DNA of 64,000 nt, taken from positions 2,638,627 to 2,702,626 of the forward strand of contig MU004230.1 in NCBI GenBank assembly GCA_010405405.1. Reading direction: 5' to 3'. Under the pieces are notes generated by a model. The model worked only from the letters and a program-made list of their open reading frames with translations, was not told where the DNA came from and did not search any database. Origin of the DNA: Microthyrium microscopicum (taxonomy: Eukaryota). This document shows, one piece after another, positions 10,353 through 24,572 of the stretch. Position numbers and translations under genes: made by a program. The first letter of the stretch is position 1; each line of letters starts with the position of its first letter.

Positions 10353-13013
10353 CTATTCACCATCCCCTTCGTCATCGCTATCATGAATTGCTTTGAGATG
10401 CGTGTCGTAAAGCGCAATGTATCGTCTGGCCCAATCCTCTGCGAGTCCTGCATCGCCTCTAGCAGACGCAATCGTAGACTTTTTGCTCATACAATCACAC
10501 TCGCCCCGGACATCCTCAATCCGCTTATAGTCTGGACAAAGTTAACGAGGCACGCACATCGTCGAGAAGATCACTCACAGCTCATAGCCCGATCCAAATA
10601 CATATCCGCCTTCGTCATCCACGAACCGCGCACCCGCTGGCTGTCGTTAGCTACGCCAGCCAAACCCATACACGCATCGGCCTGCCAGCAATACAACTGC
10701 GCACACAGCGCCAAATCACCACAGCCTAGAGCCTGCGGGATGATTCCCTCGAGTACCTTCCGCTCAGCATCAAACTCGCCCAAAGCTCCAAGTATATTTG
10801 CCACGGCACCCCACGCCTCCCACAGAGCTGGGATGATTCTTGCCTGCCAGGCGGCATTGGCGGCACGCATTGCGATGCTGAAACCTTTTTGCGGCTTGCC
10901 AATGGTGTCAAATAAGAGGGCTTTTAAGACCATGACGTGAATGCGCTGGTAGATATCGGCATCGTCGGCTTTGAGTTGATCCGCAAGGTCTTCGATGGTA
11001 TTGTATGCTGCATCGAATGAACCCAGGCGTTTGAGATAGTCTATTTTCAAGAGCGATACTTGGAACGATAGATCAGGATCTATTGTTGTGCTTGATCCGG
11101 TGGGGGATAGTTGTTCGAGGAGATATGCTGCAGCATCTAGATCATGTCTGAGCGAGGTCAGTATTATAATATCACTTGTCTCGTGTAGCTTACTTTCTAA
11201 GAGCGTGCTTCAATCGCATTAGTGCCGAATATGTCATTAGATACTGGGTGGAGCGAAGGTTCCGCCGCACCAGAGGCTGCAAATCTTCTAGAATACTTGT
11301 CGCTCGCTTGTAAAAACCGAGTTGAACAGCCTAGACGGATTAGTACTGTTGTAGTAACGACTTCGTTCGCATACACTATGGGCTTTACGGCAAGATGCTC
11401 TAAGAACCTCGTCCACAGGAGAGCAGTAGCGATAACAGTCAAGCAGGACGTCGCAATAGCTTTCGGAGACCTGATTAAAACCTGTTCCCCATTAGACTAG
11501 TTGCGACAAGTATGGAGCGAAGTTACCAAGTCTTCCGTATATGGTGCCAGTCACCAATAGCTGACTTCCAAACATATTCTGGAAATCGTGCATGACGTTG
11601 AGATGTCCGGCTTGATATACTCGCTCAAAAGCTTGCGGTACACTGTCTCCCTATGTTTCATAAGTCCGAATTATGCAACAACACATGAGCCACCTACCAT
11701 TGATAGTATCCATTTGGATTCATTGAGAAGAGTGGAGCTGAGCAGATTCGGGAGCTTCATTTCTTTCGCCTTGGACTTTAAGTAAGCTAGGCCTTCACGT
11801 TCGGAGCCAACAGCAATGGACACTCCAGCTCTCTTCACTTCCTTTGGATATGTACGAGCTAGGTTGTTGAGCCAGCTTAGACTGAAATTCAGGCAGTTCA
11901 TGTCTTGATTTTCACGTGCAGTTGAAATAGTCTCGTTGATGGCTGCAACAGCTTCTGAGAAGCAACCAAAATCAGCTTCGAGTATTGCCATGTGTAGAAG
12001 GGCATATTGATAGAAGGATCGGTCCCGAGTGTGCATCGTATAGTCAAAGTATCGATGCAAGGACTCGAAAGACGTGGTATAGTCGCCGGCACGCCATGCA
12101 TCAAAGAACCTGTAGGTCAGAATTTTGATCTTCTTGACTTCATACTGCACTTACTTGACAAAGTGCGCTAAACTTGGCACGGCAGCAGATCGAAGCAGCA
12201 TATGTTTACAGGTGTCTCTAACTTCGTCTGGTAAGCGGTTTCCAAGTCCTGGGAATATCAGTATTGCTGGGCCCAACGTGCAAGTCAAGTCTTACTTTGA
12301 AGCTTCTCAATCTGGAACTCGAGTAGTTTCTCCATCTCCTCTGTGCTCAGATCTTCCGGCTTGCTCTTCACTTGCTGGAAGTTGGGGTATACGGCATTTA
12401 TCAGTGCAGAATCTGGAGATATATGCAGTGCGGAAAGATTGTTATCAAAGGTAAGAGTGGTGGCAGTAGATGTTCTCCTCTGCAAGGTTCTTTCTGATGG
12501 TGCGCGAAACTTCACAAAAGCTTCCCATATCTTGACAGTATCGTCAAACTGCAGACGAGCAAACTCTAGCTGAGCCCGTCGAACAAAGACCCCGAGAGGA
12601 GAGACGCGTGCTAACTGTATGACATTTCGTCCTGAACCTGCCTGGGCCGCCGGCGGCGACGGGCTTTTTGGATCGACAAGAACATTTTTGAGATCACGAA
12701 AGAACTCATGCAGTACGTGCAGATTGTTCAGGGCCCACAGCTTCTCCACGTACTTGTCGTATAGATTTCGGCCAGGTAATCCAGCTGTGACAGGAAATGG
12801 CTTTAGACATCTCTCAAAGTCATCTACTGAGAGCAACAAAGATGGCGAGGAGATCGGTTTTGAACCGTCGCTGTCGGAAACGGACTGCGGGATTACTCGA
12901 GATGTGATGAAGCGCAGAATGGGAATGATGGCTTGCGTTGGGACATCAGAGTCTGTGTATAAAATGACGAGGACTAGGAGCCCCACTTTCGAGGCGGTCA
13001 GATATCGGCTCAT
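10353..13013 (-). CDS. APC5: Anaphase-promoting complex subunit 5
   Basis: MSRYLTASKVGLLVL start, SPLGVFVRRAQLEF, GDYTTSFESLHRYFDY and YQYALLHMAILEADFG. Multi-exon; position next to COX13. Confidence 0.9.
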
Positions 13014-13290
13014 GATTGCTGATGAGTGTGAAGAGTACTGTCATCTATTTCCAAGCTCTTAAATTGCTGATGTTGACGACATCAAGGCATGGATGCTGCT
13101 TCCAGAGCTCGTTGATATGACGGTAGCTGCGATGGCTGTTATGGTCATGTACACAGGAGCGTCCACCGTGTTTAAAGGCTATTCTCATGAAGCAAGGCAA
13201 CTCAAAATTATAGACTCGGAACCAGGTTGACCAAGTCCTCAAGTCGAGGTTCTAGTCAAGGATCTGGTGAATTTTGGGTTGGTAGAGAAG

Positions 13291-13318
13291 ACGCGTAGTT
13301 TGCACAAGCATCACGCGT
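13291..13318. promoter_or_regulatory. Two MCB-like ACGCGT elements upstream of APC5
   Basis: ACGCGT at 13291 and 13313, ~280-300 bp upstream of a cell-cycle gene. Confidence 0.35.
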
Positions 13319-13504
13319 TCTCAACCACTGCCAAGAATCAACATTTCCTAAAATGGACATTGCGACAGCTTCAACCAAATCACTTGAAAATTGGATTATC
13401 TTATAGAGCTTCAATTTAATGCAGCACTGGGAAGCATTTCAAATATGGGTATCTCGAGTATATATAAGCATGCTAATTTCAATGTAGATCTGCTTGATTT
13501 CCGA

Positions 13505-14300
13505 TTAATCATTATCGGTAAAACCTGTCAGTATCCCTTGCTCGTTCTTAGCCTCCTCTTCCAATTGAAGGCCATTCGTTGCCCACATTCGCTGCACCCG
13601 TAAGTCAAAAGGACCGGGTATTCGATCCACAAGACTAAACCCAATGCTTGTAACTTTTTGCCGTAATAGTTCTGACTGCGGTTCTGCTATCAGCCCGTGG
13701 TTGGTGCGTACAAACTCGCTCCAATCTATCAGCAGTGTCTCCCATTCCCCAGGTCGCTTAGCATATATCCGGTGCTGGTGCAAGTCGGTTGGTTCAATGC
13801 CATCTGATTGTAGATTAACAAGGTATTTCCTCCCATCCGATTTCAACCGTATCGCTAGGAACGTATACTGATCAATATCCCAGAACCCCTTTCCGAACGC
13901 ATTGCGCTTGGGATCTTTCGTTCTAAATCCAACGTAGCCTGCGCCTTTCAAATTTGGTCGCTCGGCTGGTAACTCTGTAGAGACGCTGCCAAAGAAGCGC
14001 AGGTGGCCCGGCTCTGAATCATCAGGCTGTACAAATTCAATGTTGCTAGATGAGTAACCACCCATGTCTGAATCTGACATTGTTTTGCATTTATCGAGAT
14101 AGTCTCGTCGGCCAAAGGAGACAAGAGGATAGGGTCGTTTTGGAATGCGCATTCCTTCGAACCGCATAGCTGGCGTGAGTTAGCCATGACTCCTGCTTTC
14201 TTCTTGAAGTCGTACCGTATAGTGACAGTCTTTTGAACTCCTCTACACTTCTCTGGACAAAACCAGGCTCACTCAGAAGCCTAGCTGTCGGTCGCAGCAT
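13505..14300 (-). CDS. CIA30: Complex I intermediate-associated protein CIA30 (NDUFAF1)
   Basis: SDSDMGGYS, GYVGFRT, LKSDGRKYLVNLQ, TDLHQHR and SIGFSLVDRIPGPFDL. Short first exon MLRPTARLL plus one intron. Confidence 0.9.
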
Positions 14301-14765
14301 GTTGAGGGTGGTTGTGGACTTGGCTGTAAGTGGAGAAGGTGTATCAATTGAAGTCGGTCGTCCAGTTTCTACCACGCTCCCATGATTTCGATAAATTCTA
14401 CAGCTTCAGGCGCCTCAGATTCGGGATGCCGGGACTCCAAGAAACTAGATGATGCGATAGATTGATAGTTGAATGAATGTACCACGTAGCGGCGCGTTTG
14501 CACCCAGCTTTGCATGACGTGTGCTCGTGCTTCCAAAAAATCCACTAGTCCCAAAATTTCCATCTTCAAGACCTCCTTTTGCTACAAACCTTCACATCAC
14601 CACGACACATGTTTGCTTGAAGATTCTGATCACCCTAAGAGGATAATACGCATACCCGCTGAATATCTAAAATACTTGCACCCACAATCAGAAGCCCATC
14701 CATACCGTTATAACCGCATATTTTACTCGTCCGTATATCGCCAACTTTCAACCACAGCTACGTTC

Positions 14766-16015
14766 ATGACATTCAATACTTCCACAAAACCTGATCCTCT
14801 CCAACGGACACAAACCAAGACCAGTTTTGATCCACAGCCGCCGCCTCTAGATGGGGCCTCGTCTACTCCAAATGACGCGGCAAAGCTACTACATCGACCC
14901 TCTCCTTTCGCGAAATCCTACGCGCACTTCGTAGCCGGAGCGTAAGTCTCGCGTTGCCCATAAAACACAGAGCTCCAACTAACCTTTTCTTCTCCCAAAG
15001 CGTCGGAGCCGTATCCTCCTCCACACTCACCGCCCCCCTCGATGTCCTCCGCACGCGTCTCCAATCCGACTTTTACCAAGGCCAACTCGCCGCCGCCCGT
15101 CAAGCGCGAGGCATAGCCGATCCCGCGCACCTATCCTTCCCCCGCGCATCCGCTCTGCATATCCGCGAAACCTTCCAAATCCTCTTCGCCATCCCCAAAG
15201 TCGAAGGTTGGCGCGCGCTCTTCAAGGGCCTCGGACCAAACCTCGTTGCTGTCGTGCCAGCGCGCTCTATCAACTTCTTCACATATGGCAACGGCAAGAA
15301 ACTCATTTCCAAGCATCTCAACAATGGTCAGGAGGCAGCTTGGGTACACCTCAGTGCTGCGGTGATGGCAGGCGTTGTCACGGGAACGTGTACGAATCCG
15401 ATTTGGGTGGTGAAGACGAGACTACAGCTGGACAAGGCGCATGCGAGTGAAGCGCATGTTGGGAGGAAATACACGGGCGCTTTTGATTGCTTGCGCAAAA
15501 CTGTTCAGCATGAAGGCGTGCGAGGCTTGTACAAGGGGTTGAGTGCTTCGTTCTTGGGGATCAGTGAGAGCGCGATGCAATGGGTCATGTATGAGGAGGG
15601 TAAGAAGCAGCTTCGGTTGCGCCAGGCGCGGATCACAGAGTCAGGTCGGCCATTGACTGGATTCGATGACTTTATGGGCTCATTTGGCGAGTCGATCGCG
15701 GCAGGTGGCGCAAAGTTTATTGCTGCTATCCTGACGTATCCTCACGAGGTTCGTTTTTCCATGACTCTCACTACGAATAAGGCTGATTTCATGCTCTAGG
15801 TTGTCCGCACGCGATTACGGGAAGCTCCTAGGGACGGCGTCGCGAGGTACACTGGCTTGGTTCAGTGCTTTAAACTCATCTTCAAACAAGAAGGCCTCGC
15901 AGGCCTTTACGGTGGGCTGACACCGCACATGATGCGTGTTGTTCCGAGTGCGGTGATTATGTTTGGCACGTATGAGGCAGTTTTGCGATTCCTTGGGGAG
16001 GACTCTAATCTGTGA
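14766..16015 (+). CDS. RIM2: Mitochondrial carrier, Rim2-like pyrimidine nucleotide transporter
   Basis: Three PX[DE]XX[RK] repeats (PLDVLRTRLQS, PIWVVKTRLQ, PHEVVRTRLR) and VVPARSINFFTYGNGK. Introns ~14942-15000 and 15749-15799. Confidence 0.85.
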
Positions 16016-16382
16016 TGCTGCGGTTACACTTCCTCGAGATTCTGCATTCATATCAATTTTTCAAGCATTCGATGGGTCATAAAACGACATACAACACATC
16101 TGCATACATCGTTTGGCGTTCATGGCATGGATTGATTCATATTCTCCCAACTCTATGTAGAAATAGCTCGACGTTTGCGAGCCAGCTTGTATTATATCAA
16201 TTGTTTTGGAACTACAGGATACCGAAGAGTAGACTGCTCCCAAGAGCTCCGCTGGTCGTAACAATGTTCATCAAATGACCGCAAACTCCTTTTCCTATCA
16301 TCCAAGTGTATCAACGACCACTTCTTCGACCGTGCTCGAGCCCCATTCTCAAAGCCGAAGAGAAAATATCCATCTTCCGGGA

Positions 16383-17010
16383 CTACCACGAATTCTTATC
16401 CCAATTCGGATCTACACACCATATCAATTAGCCTTGTATTCCCTGCTCTCCTCCACTCCCATTCAGAAATGTGACGTACCTTGAACAAAAGCCGCCATCA
16501 CCTTACTTCCCGTTTGCAGCAAAGGATGCGATACAACTATCCTCAGAAACTGTTGCAACCCTTCCCGTCTATGTTCAATAACATCATCGCTGAACCGGTT
16601 CGTAAACACCTTGCCCGGCAGCGGCGGGATGTTCACACGCGCGCTCTCGCGCTCGAGCATATCGCGAAAGTGCTCGAAATCCGAGTAGCGGCGGCGCACG
16701 AGTGATTGTTTGAGTTTGAAGGCGGGGATGTTGGTTACCATGTAGATTTCGTAGTCTGTATACATGTGGCGGCCGGTGCCATGGGTTCTTGGGTCACGAA
16801 CCTGAGATTTGTTAACGGAGGATTTGGAGGTTTGAAGGCCATACGAACTTCGATTTCTAGGATGTTTTCGGGGGGCCCGTAGAGTTCTTCGTAGGTTTGT
16901 TGGCGGGCTTCGGGGATCGTTATGCTGCTGGTTAGATGGGGACTTGTGAGACCGGCGGGTTTCTTTGCGGGCGCGGCGTTTGGTGTTGCGGTGGGTGTTT
17001 GCGAGGCCAT
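16383..17010 (-). CDS. SNX3: Sorting nexin-3 (PX domain)
   Basis: [69 protein letters not shown]; 2 introns. Confidence 0.93.
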
Positions 17011-17472
17011 GGTGGTAGTGTCGTGTGATGCGATGCGCTCAGAGCGATGGTACAGTTGAGGCTGGGTTCCTTCAGCGCAGAAGATGTCGGTTGGTTGGCA
17101 GCGGTAGAGAGGATGTATAGTAAGAGTTTAGAAGTGATGGATTGCGGCGAAGTGGTGTTTGGGCAGAATGATTGCGGTCAATAGAGTTGGGCGGTTGTGG
17201 TTGTTGGTAGTGAGAGACGTCAAGTCCACATTCACAAGACTTTCAAAAGTGCCCCTCCCTCACGACGGCGAGCTGCAGTTTCCGTGATCAAGTCCATCGA
17301 CGTCGTCCCTACAATTTGGTAATCCTGATTGGAGCAATTTGCCGCCTTAAGCGACCCGTTTCAAGGCGACTCATAACAGGAGGAGCGACGTGGACTTCAC
17401 CCAGTCCATCTTTCAATTGTTCTCCTTCTCTCTCATCTCTTTCAATTTGACGCTGTGTAACATTGGCATCTC

Positions 17473-18071
17473 ATGGCTGCAGAACTCCCAACCATTCCCT
17501 GGGCTGTGTTTACGCGGTTCGAGCCCCTATCTTTGCTAGCAGGATTCCTTGGCCCAATTCTAGCTCCCAAGTACTTCATCACTTCTCAAATCCCGTTTAC
17601 ATACTCCTCTATTCAGCAATCCACCATATTGAGCGAGATTGTCGCCAAAGATGCCACTGCAACTCTACTCGCCTGGCAGCTGGGAAATGCGTATTTGCTC
17701 CTAGGACTGTTGGGCACGTTCATCTTGAACACCACGAAAGAGATTGAGGTTGTCAATGCTTACCTTTGGGCATTGTGGATAGGGGATATAGGACATGTTG
17801 GGCTAACTCTATATGCTGTATGTTGCTCTTTTTGAGTTTCGCATGTGCGGGTGATGGCAATCAGGATCAAATAATGCTAACAAGTAACCAGATGGGTTGG
17901 CATGGCACCATGAACGTAGGAGCTTGGAATGCCGTTGTTTGGGGGAATATCGCTTTCACGACCTTCTTGTTCCTCACTAGATCCGCCTATTTCTTGGGCT
18001 GGTTCAATGAGAGCCAGGCTATTGAAGAGCAACCCAAAATCAGAGCCGACCACAAGGCTCGAAAGGAGTAG
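17473..18071 (+). CDS. Small multi-pass membrane protein, unknown function
   Basis: Two exons (intron ~17818-17891); hydrophobic helices with FEPLS, QLGNAY, GDIGHV and WGNI motifs. Confidence 0.7.
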
Positions 18072-18453
18072 CACTGGCGTACTCTGAATACATTATGTAC
18101 AGCAATAGGTTCGACTAATCCATAAGAGATATACCATGATTAACACACACTCTCTGAATGATAGACAGTCCTTTCTGATTTGGTATGACTGCTCTTTCTG
18201 CTATCCAGGGCGCAAGCCTTGTCCTCAGCCTTATTGTGCAACTAGCTTTCTTTCACATCATCTTACCAACAAACAAAAGTGAAGTCTCAAGTTAAATAAA
18301 TTAGTGAGTGTGTCATTTATTCGTGTACATCATAATGCTTTCAAGTCGCTATATAAACAACGAAGATTTTCAAACAATCTGCCTTCCACAACATTACATT
18401 CTCACCACATTTGCCCTTTACTTTGCTAGACATCATCCTCGCTCACGCTCCTT

Positions 18454-19315
18454 CTAGACATACTCTTTGCGCACGCTAGTTCGTCTCCGGCGGAAGAAAC
18501 CACTTCGACCACGCGAGCTCGATCGCTTAGACGTCTCATAAGTATTCGCTTGCTTGCGGTTCGATCCACCAGCCAGGCAGAACGTGATCATGCTCAAGAA
18601 TAATAGTGCTACTGCGCCCCAGGTGAAGCCATAGGCGTATTTTCCCAGACTGGCATCGTGTTCGTTTTGGCGGAATACATTGCGGGCTTCGACGGTCCAT
18701 GCGCTAGACATCTTATTAACTTGGTTCACTAGAGGTATAGGTCGTTGGACAGGGGAACTTGTGGGGAACTCACGTCATAAGCGCAGCAGCAACAGTCTGC
18801 CAAAACAGCGCAAAGGAAACCAACACACTACTGATCCACGCACCAATCCGCGTGCACAGCGCCAATCCACTGAGCAGGAATGCGCCTACGCTAAATACCA
18901 GAGCAATCAGGAAAAGGACCCAGGCGAATCTGCTCAGGTACCACCACTTTGAGCCTGTCAAGAACGCATCAGGGACGCCAGCGGATGAGCCAAAGTTTCG
19001 GCGGTTCGCTGGATCAAAGGGGAACGCGGGGACGGGTGATCCGCAGTTGGCATTGACGTTGCCGTCGACACCACAGAGAGACCAGTAGGTCCAGCGTGCG
19101 GGGTTGGGAGCGGCCATGCCGGTGGTATCGGCTTGGAGGAAGTAGATTTTAGTTTCGGGAGAGGAGTGGACGCCGCCGGAGAGGATTATAAAGAACTGGA
19201 AGAGGATTGCGCCGGCGAGGAAGACCAGGCTTATTAGGCCGAGGATTGGACCTTGGAGTCGTTAGCATTGTGCCGGTATGGGAACCAATTGGTGTAAGAG
19301 GTACTTACGAGCCAT
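18454..19315 (-). CDS. SUR7: SUR7/PalI-family tetraspan eisosome protein
   Basis: YFLQADT, RWTYWSLCGV..NCG..PAFPFDP..NFG, four TM segments and LGKYAYGFTWG. Micro first exon ATGGCTC. Confidence 0.85.
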
Positions 19316-21040
19316 GGCGACGGTGGGGTGTGTGAAGAATTAGACAAGAAGAATTAGTAGAATAATAGAGCTCTACAGGAGCTTGGGTAGTATTAAGGGC
19401 CAGGTATATGGGATATGAATGGAGTGTAGGTTGTGGTATGAAACAAAGACAAGGACGAGGTGTAACTGGGGCAGCAGCTGGCTTGCCTTATGACTGACGA
19501 GTGACTACTACAGACATGGAATCATGGGCAGCATCAAGAATCTTTTCACGAATGCAGGGGCATTTAGCCATTGGGCATGGACCCATTTGATCGAGTAGTG
19601 ACATCGCAAGCATAAAAAAGTCAACTACGAGTACGGAGTCCTTCGGCAAGATCTAGGTACGTCATCGTTTTTCCTTCGTTCCACAAGACCACGAGACGGC
19701 TCGCGATCGTCTGTTTTCAGCACTTTGGCAATGATTTAGTATGCAACCAAGTTCTTGCTGCCAAGTAGCATGCCACGATATTTCATTTTGATGCTTGCGA
19801 CACGGTCATTCTTCATGAGATGCAGTTGGAGTTGGGAGTCGCATACCACCGATCTGGGAACAGCAATGAGGCTTGCCATGTGTTGAAACAGTTGCCAACA
19901 AGATCCCTTGCTTCCATTGTTCTATACAAAGCTCCACTGTGGATCTAGCAGACTTTACTACGATCTACTTGTACCGGTATGTATGCCATTATTCACATAC
20001 CACAGACTAGGCAATAACTCGGCAGCGCATTGACTCGAAGATGCATCATCCATGATTCAATCCTTCTCCCATGTCAAAAGGCCCAAGCCACATGGAGCTA
20101 TGGACCGTTGGGCTAGCGTCCAAGATCTTGGAAGATGCCGAGAACGTCAACGCACGCGGCACAGCGCCACGTCTTTTTTTCTTTGTGACGTAGAGCCTGT
20201 CAATTATTGTCCGGCTACCAGATCCGATCTCTATCACTCTCCACGCGAAAATCAAGGATGAGGTTATTTGATCAACTTTTTAGCCCGTCTCTCGTGAACA
20301 AATGGGTTTCCGCTCGCCCTTTTGTAAGTTCGTCATGGTTCTACGCACGACGGGTGGCTGTGTGATAAAGAAATGTTGTTTCGACGACTATGATTTGTGC
20401 CCGCTGGCTCTATGCATGGGTGCAATACCTTGAACAGATCCAATGGGTGTCAGCAGATCTCATGGAAGTTGTGAATGCTTGCGAGATGTTCGAGTGAATA
20501 ATAAGCTGCGCTTGCGATTCGTTAAAGTGTTGAACTCTTGGGTTGGTCGGTAATAAATGTGTAGTAGAAGTATGGTAATTGTATGCTTCCGGGCTTCTGG
20601 GATACATATTATATTGATGGCTATACTTGGTAGATACTGTGAACACAAAGGGCAAACTTATGTCATAGAGTACAATATGACTTTTCATCTATCACCTGTG
20701 CTTGCTTGATTGCAGCTCTATGTCGTCAAGGATTTTGAAATGCATGGAAAGCTGAACTTACATAAACAGATTGACTGTGTAGCGATCGAAATCAACACAC
20801 ATAGAAGTTTCCGACAGTTGAAAAGTCTAACATATTTTCAGCCTTACTATTATGCTTGCTTTTCCCTTGATCAATGGAGGGATCAATGGTCGATGCTGAT
20901 GTCTTGGCATTGAAGTTCAAATTACCCATGCTCCTTGAACAACCGCGCAGTTGAGCTTCAAACAACCTTCACAACATCTCCATCACACGCTTACCGTGAT
21001 CGTGTTGTCGTCCTCCTCTTTCTCTCATTCTGTTCTACCA

Positions 21041-22112
21041 ATGTCTACTGCGATCTGGCCCCCAATAGCCTCAACCCATCTCGCCAAAGAAGAGGAAGAT
21101 TCACTGGTCAGCCAACACCTCACTTGCCTCGAACCATCAGCTTACTGACCGGAATATCAGGCCAAAGAACTAGAATGGCTCCTCGAATCGCTACAAGACA
21201 CGCTCAAATCTCTAAAAGATGGCTTAGATGAGGTTGCGACACTCATGACCCCGTCGGAGACAGGTTCAACCTTGGTCTTGTCAACCCATCGATCAGAAAG
21301 CGTCAAAGGCTTCGTGACACGCTTAGGAACTCGCATAACCAAAGGAGTAGGGCATCTGGAACATCAACATGAGCAAAGAATGTGGCTAACATGATGATAG
21401 GATATCAAGCTACGCCTCGCGACCTTACCGCCTCCCCGTGGCATGACGAGCTACCCCTTGACTATATCTAATGAACCCGATGCACCCGCCCTCGTCCTTG
21501 ATCAATTAAGCTCTGTTCGAGCACTCTTAAACGCATGTCTTGATGTGGTTGATGCAAGCACCTGGGCCGGCGATATCAAGAATCCCAATTTCATCGCTGG
21601 ACAATTGCGGCTCTTGGACGTAAACTTACAACAGGCCAAGGCAGCATTGAAAGGAGGAACAGAGTCGCAGCAGCTCCCGTGGTACAAAAACGTTGTTGAC
21701 GAAAATGTATGTTTTGCAGCAAAATTTGCTATTGTGAGCTAATGGGCGTTTCAAGACTTTTACTCCTCCATTGCCTCCTAACGTCTCCTTCCATCTATGC
21801 ATCAGCGATGCTGCACTGGTCCTCGAACTACGAACATTGGAACTACAAACGGCTGGGCATGCAGAGGCGCAATCGTCATTCAGTATCCTAGGTTTTGCGC
21901 TTGGTGCATCACGACCGCAAAACCACGATGAAGTTGATGAGATATTTACATGGAAAGGTCAAGATGCAAAAGTCAAAGAAAAGATACGCGTGGAGAGCTC
22001 TGATCCGATCTTGATGATGGCGCTGGCAAAACTCATTTCTCTTGAAAGGACAATTGCGCTTGCAAGGAGGGGACTTGACACAGTGATGGGAAAAGAGGAT
22101 GATGCATCTTGA
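21041..22112 (+). CDS. RAV2: RAVE complex subunit Rav2 / Rogdi-family protein
   Basis: MSTAIWPP, ELEWLLESLQDTL, LVLSTHRSESVKGFVTRLGTRITKGD and VKEKIRVESSDPILM; 3 introns. Confidence 0.75.
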
Positions 22113-22474
22113 AATCAGCAATCGTTGATGTTTATCTCATCAACTCTGGTATCTCTGATATTTACGACCGAAAACATCCTGATCAAAGATCGACTACTGT
22201 TATCGGTAGCGAATTAGAGCTCGCAAAGGCCGCGGACCTGTTGCCACCCCACCCAATCACCGATCGCGCAATCATCAAGTCGGATTTTTCCGCGGGGATA
22301 ATCAATGTCGCGATCTTCAACGCTTCCTTTTCCGCTGCTTCGACTTTCGCTGCATATAAGCTACTCTCGTAGTAGACTTTTCTTTTGGACTCTACTATTT
22401 CAACCAACTCGATATAGAACCAATCCGGAGTATTCGACCCTCGATCTCGCCAACTCGAGGCCCCACCAGATCCA

Positions 22475-24204
22475 ATGGCTCCAGCCTTGCTTACAGCCGT
22501 GGACTCCACGGATCATGTTCACATAATTATCGGGTCAAATCCTCTTGCCGGAGCTCGATGCTCGAGATCTATAGAAGTTGGGGCCAAACCGAAGCTCATA
22601 GCTGCCGAGGATGCACTGTTACATTACAGCATTTCGAAAAGAATTGAGCTTGGGGAGGTTGAGTGGGTTAAGGGAGCGCTCAAGGATGAAATGCTTACAA
22701 CTTTGGGGAGAGAAGAAGTTGATGGAGTTGTGGATGCTGTGTTTGTCACGTTGCCGGTGAAAAATCCACTCCGTAGGTTTAGTGCTCTCGGACAACAGGT
22801 GGCACAAACTAATGGAGAACAGGAACACACATCTCGAACCTTTGTAGACGTCTTCGAATCCCCGTCAATATCACAGATTCCCACTCGTTATCTACCTTTA
22901 CCATCTTGAGCACCCATTGTGACGGCCCGCTACAAATCGGTATCACCACATCTGGAAAGGGCTGTAAACTATCATCAAGAATTAAACGAGAGATTGCAGC
23001 TTCTCTACCACAAAATCTAGGTCTCGCCGTCGAAAGACTGGGTTCTCTCCGCAAGAAATTCATCGAAGAAGACAACAAACTCACGCACGCTCTCGAAGAT
23101 GATCTCGATGGCGAAGACGAAGATCTCGCCCAACCCGCCACATTCAATCAGCTCATCCGCCCCGAAGACGTTGAAGCAGCTCGCGATCGTAGAATGCGCT
23201 GGCTAGCTCAAATATGCGAATACTGGCCACTTAAACGCTTAGCGAGTATCACAGACGCCGATATCGACACTATCCTTAATTCATACCGCACCTCTGCGAC
23301 CTCCGCCGGCCAACTCGCACCTACAGCAACGGGGCTAGACGCACGCATCGCGTCCCGCAGAGGCCGAATCATCCTCGCCGGCTCTGGGCCTGGTAGCCCC
23401 GACCTCCTTACCCTCGCCACCCTCAACGCTATCAAAGCCGCCGATGTCATCCTTGCGGATAAACTCGTTCCCGCACCCGTACTAGATCTCATTCCACGAC
23501 GGACACCCGTTCATATCGCGCGCAAGTTCCCTGGTAATGCGGAAGCTGCGCAGGATGAACTCCTCGAAATGGGCATCAAAGCTGTATCTCAGGGCCAGAC
23601 GGTGCTGCGCTTGAAACAGGGTGATCCCTTCCTGTATGGACGGGGCGGCGAGGAAGTCAGATGGTTCCGCGCAAAGGGTGTTGAACCGCTTGTCCTTCCT
23701 GGCGTAACCAGTAGTCTGGCTGCGCCGCTGTTTGCCGGCATTCCAGTGACCATGCGCGATGTCGCAGACCAGTTGCTCGTATGCACAGGAACAGGTCGCA
23801 AGGGCGCTTTGCCAGCTATGCCCGAATACGTTTCTACCAGAACAGTAGTGCTACTCATGGCGCTGCATCGGCTGCCGCAACTGGTTGCCGGTCTTACCGG
23901 CCAAACAGTAGAAGGTATAGAGATGCCCAAGAACGAACATCCCTGGCCAGCCGACACACCATGCACAATCGTCGAGCGCGCCTCATGTCGTGATCAAAGA
24001 GTCATAAGGTCAACACTCCAGCATGTTTGTGCGGCGGTGGAGGAGTTGGGGTCTAGACCGCCTGGTTTGTTGGTGTTGGGCAGGGCGTGTGGGGCATTGA
24101 AGGAGTGGGATGGGAGATGGGTTGTGGAGGAGGGATTTGAGGGGGTTGAGGATATCGGTGGGTTGGGTATTAGTGAGTTGGAGGAGATGAGGGATGCTGT
24201 ATAG
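22475..24204 (+). CDS. MET1: Uroporphyrinogen-III C-methyltransferase / siroheme synthase
   Basis: N-terminal Met8-like part (GPLQIGITTSGKGCKL) plus a SUMT domain (LAGSGPGSPDLLT, VLRLKQGDPFLYGRGGEE, PGVTS); one intron ~22773-22822. Confidence 0.92.
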
Positions 24205-24572
24205 ACGGGTTTATCAAATATAACCTAATACATCGTTATCATCTTGCTGGTGTACACAAATATTTGTCTTGCGAGGCCTGTCCTCATAACTACTGGTACG
24301 TAACGGCTTAGAAGTCGAGTCTGAATGATCACGACTGCCCCTTCAATATCCTTAAATAGAATGAGAGAATAGTCATGAAAGAGGTCTAGCCAAAAGCCCG
24401 AAGTAAAACTAAATCAACCGTGATATTTGCTCGTGGGTGTTAATAGCGCTTCAAGCACTGCTCCAACTAACTACATCTCCTCCCGTGGGGCAAATATCTC
24501 CCTCAACACATTTTTTTCTCCAGCGCGTTTGTACCCAAACTATATCCACAACACCCGCAAAGTCTTCCCAAT

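Noticed and set aside
22475..24204. Met8-like + methyltransferase fusion as a novelty
   Set aside because: This is the usual architecture of Met1 in filamentous ascomycetes.
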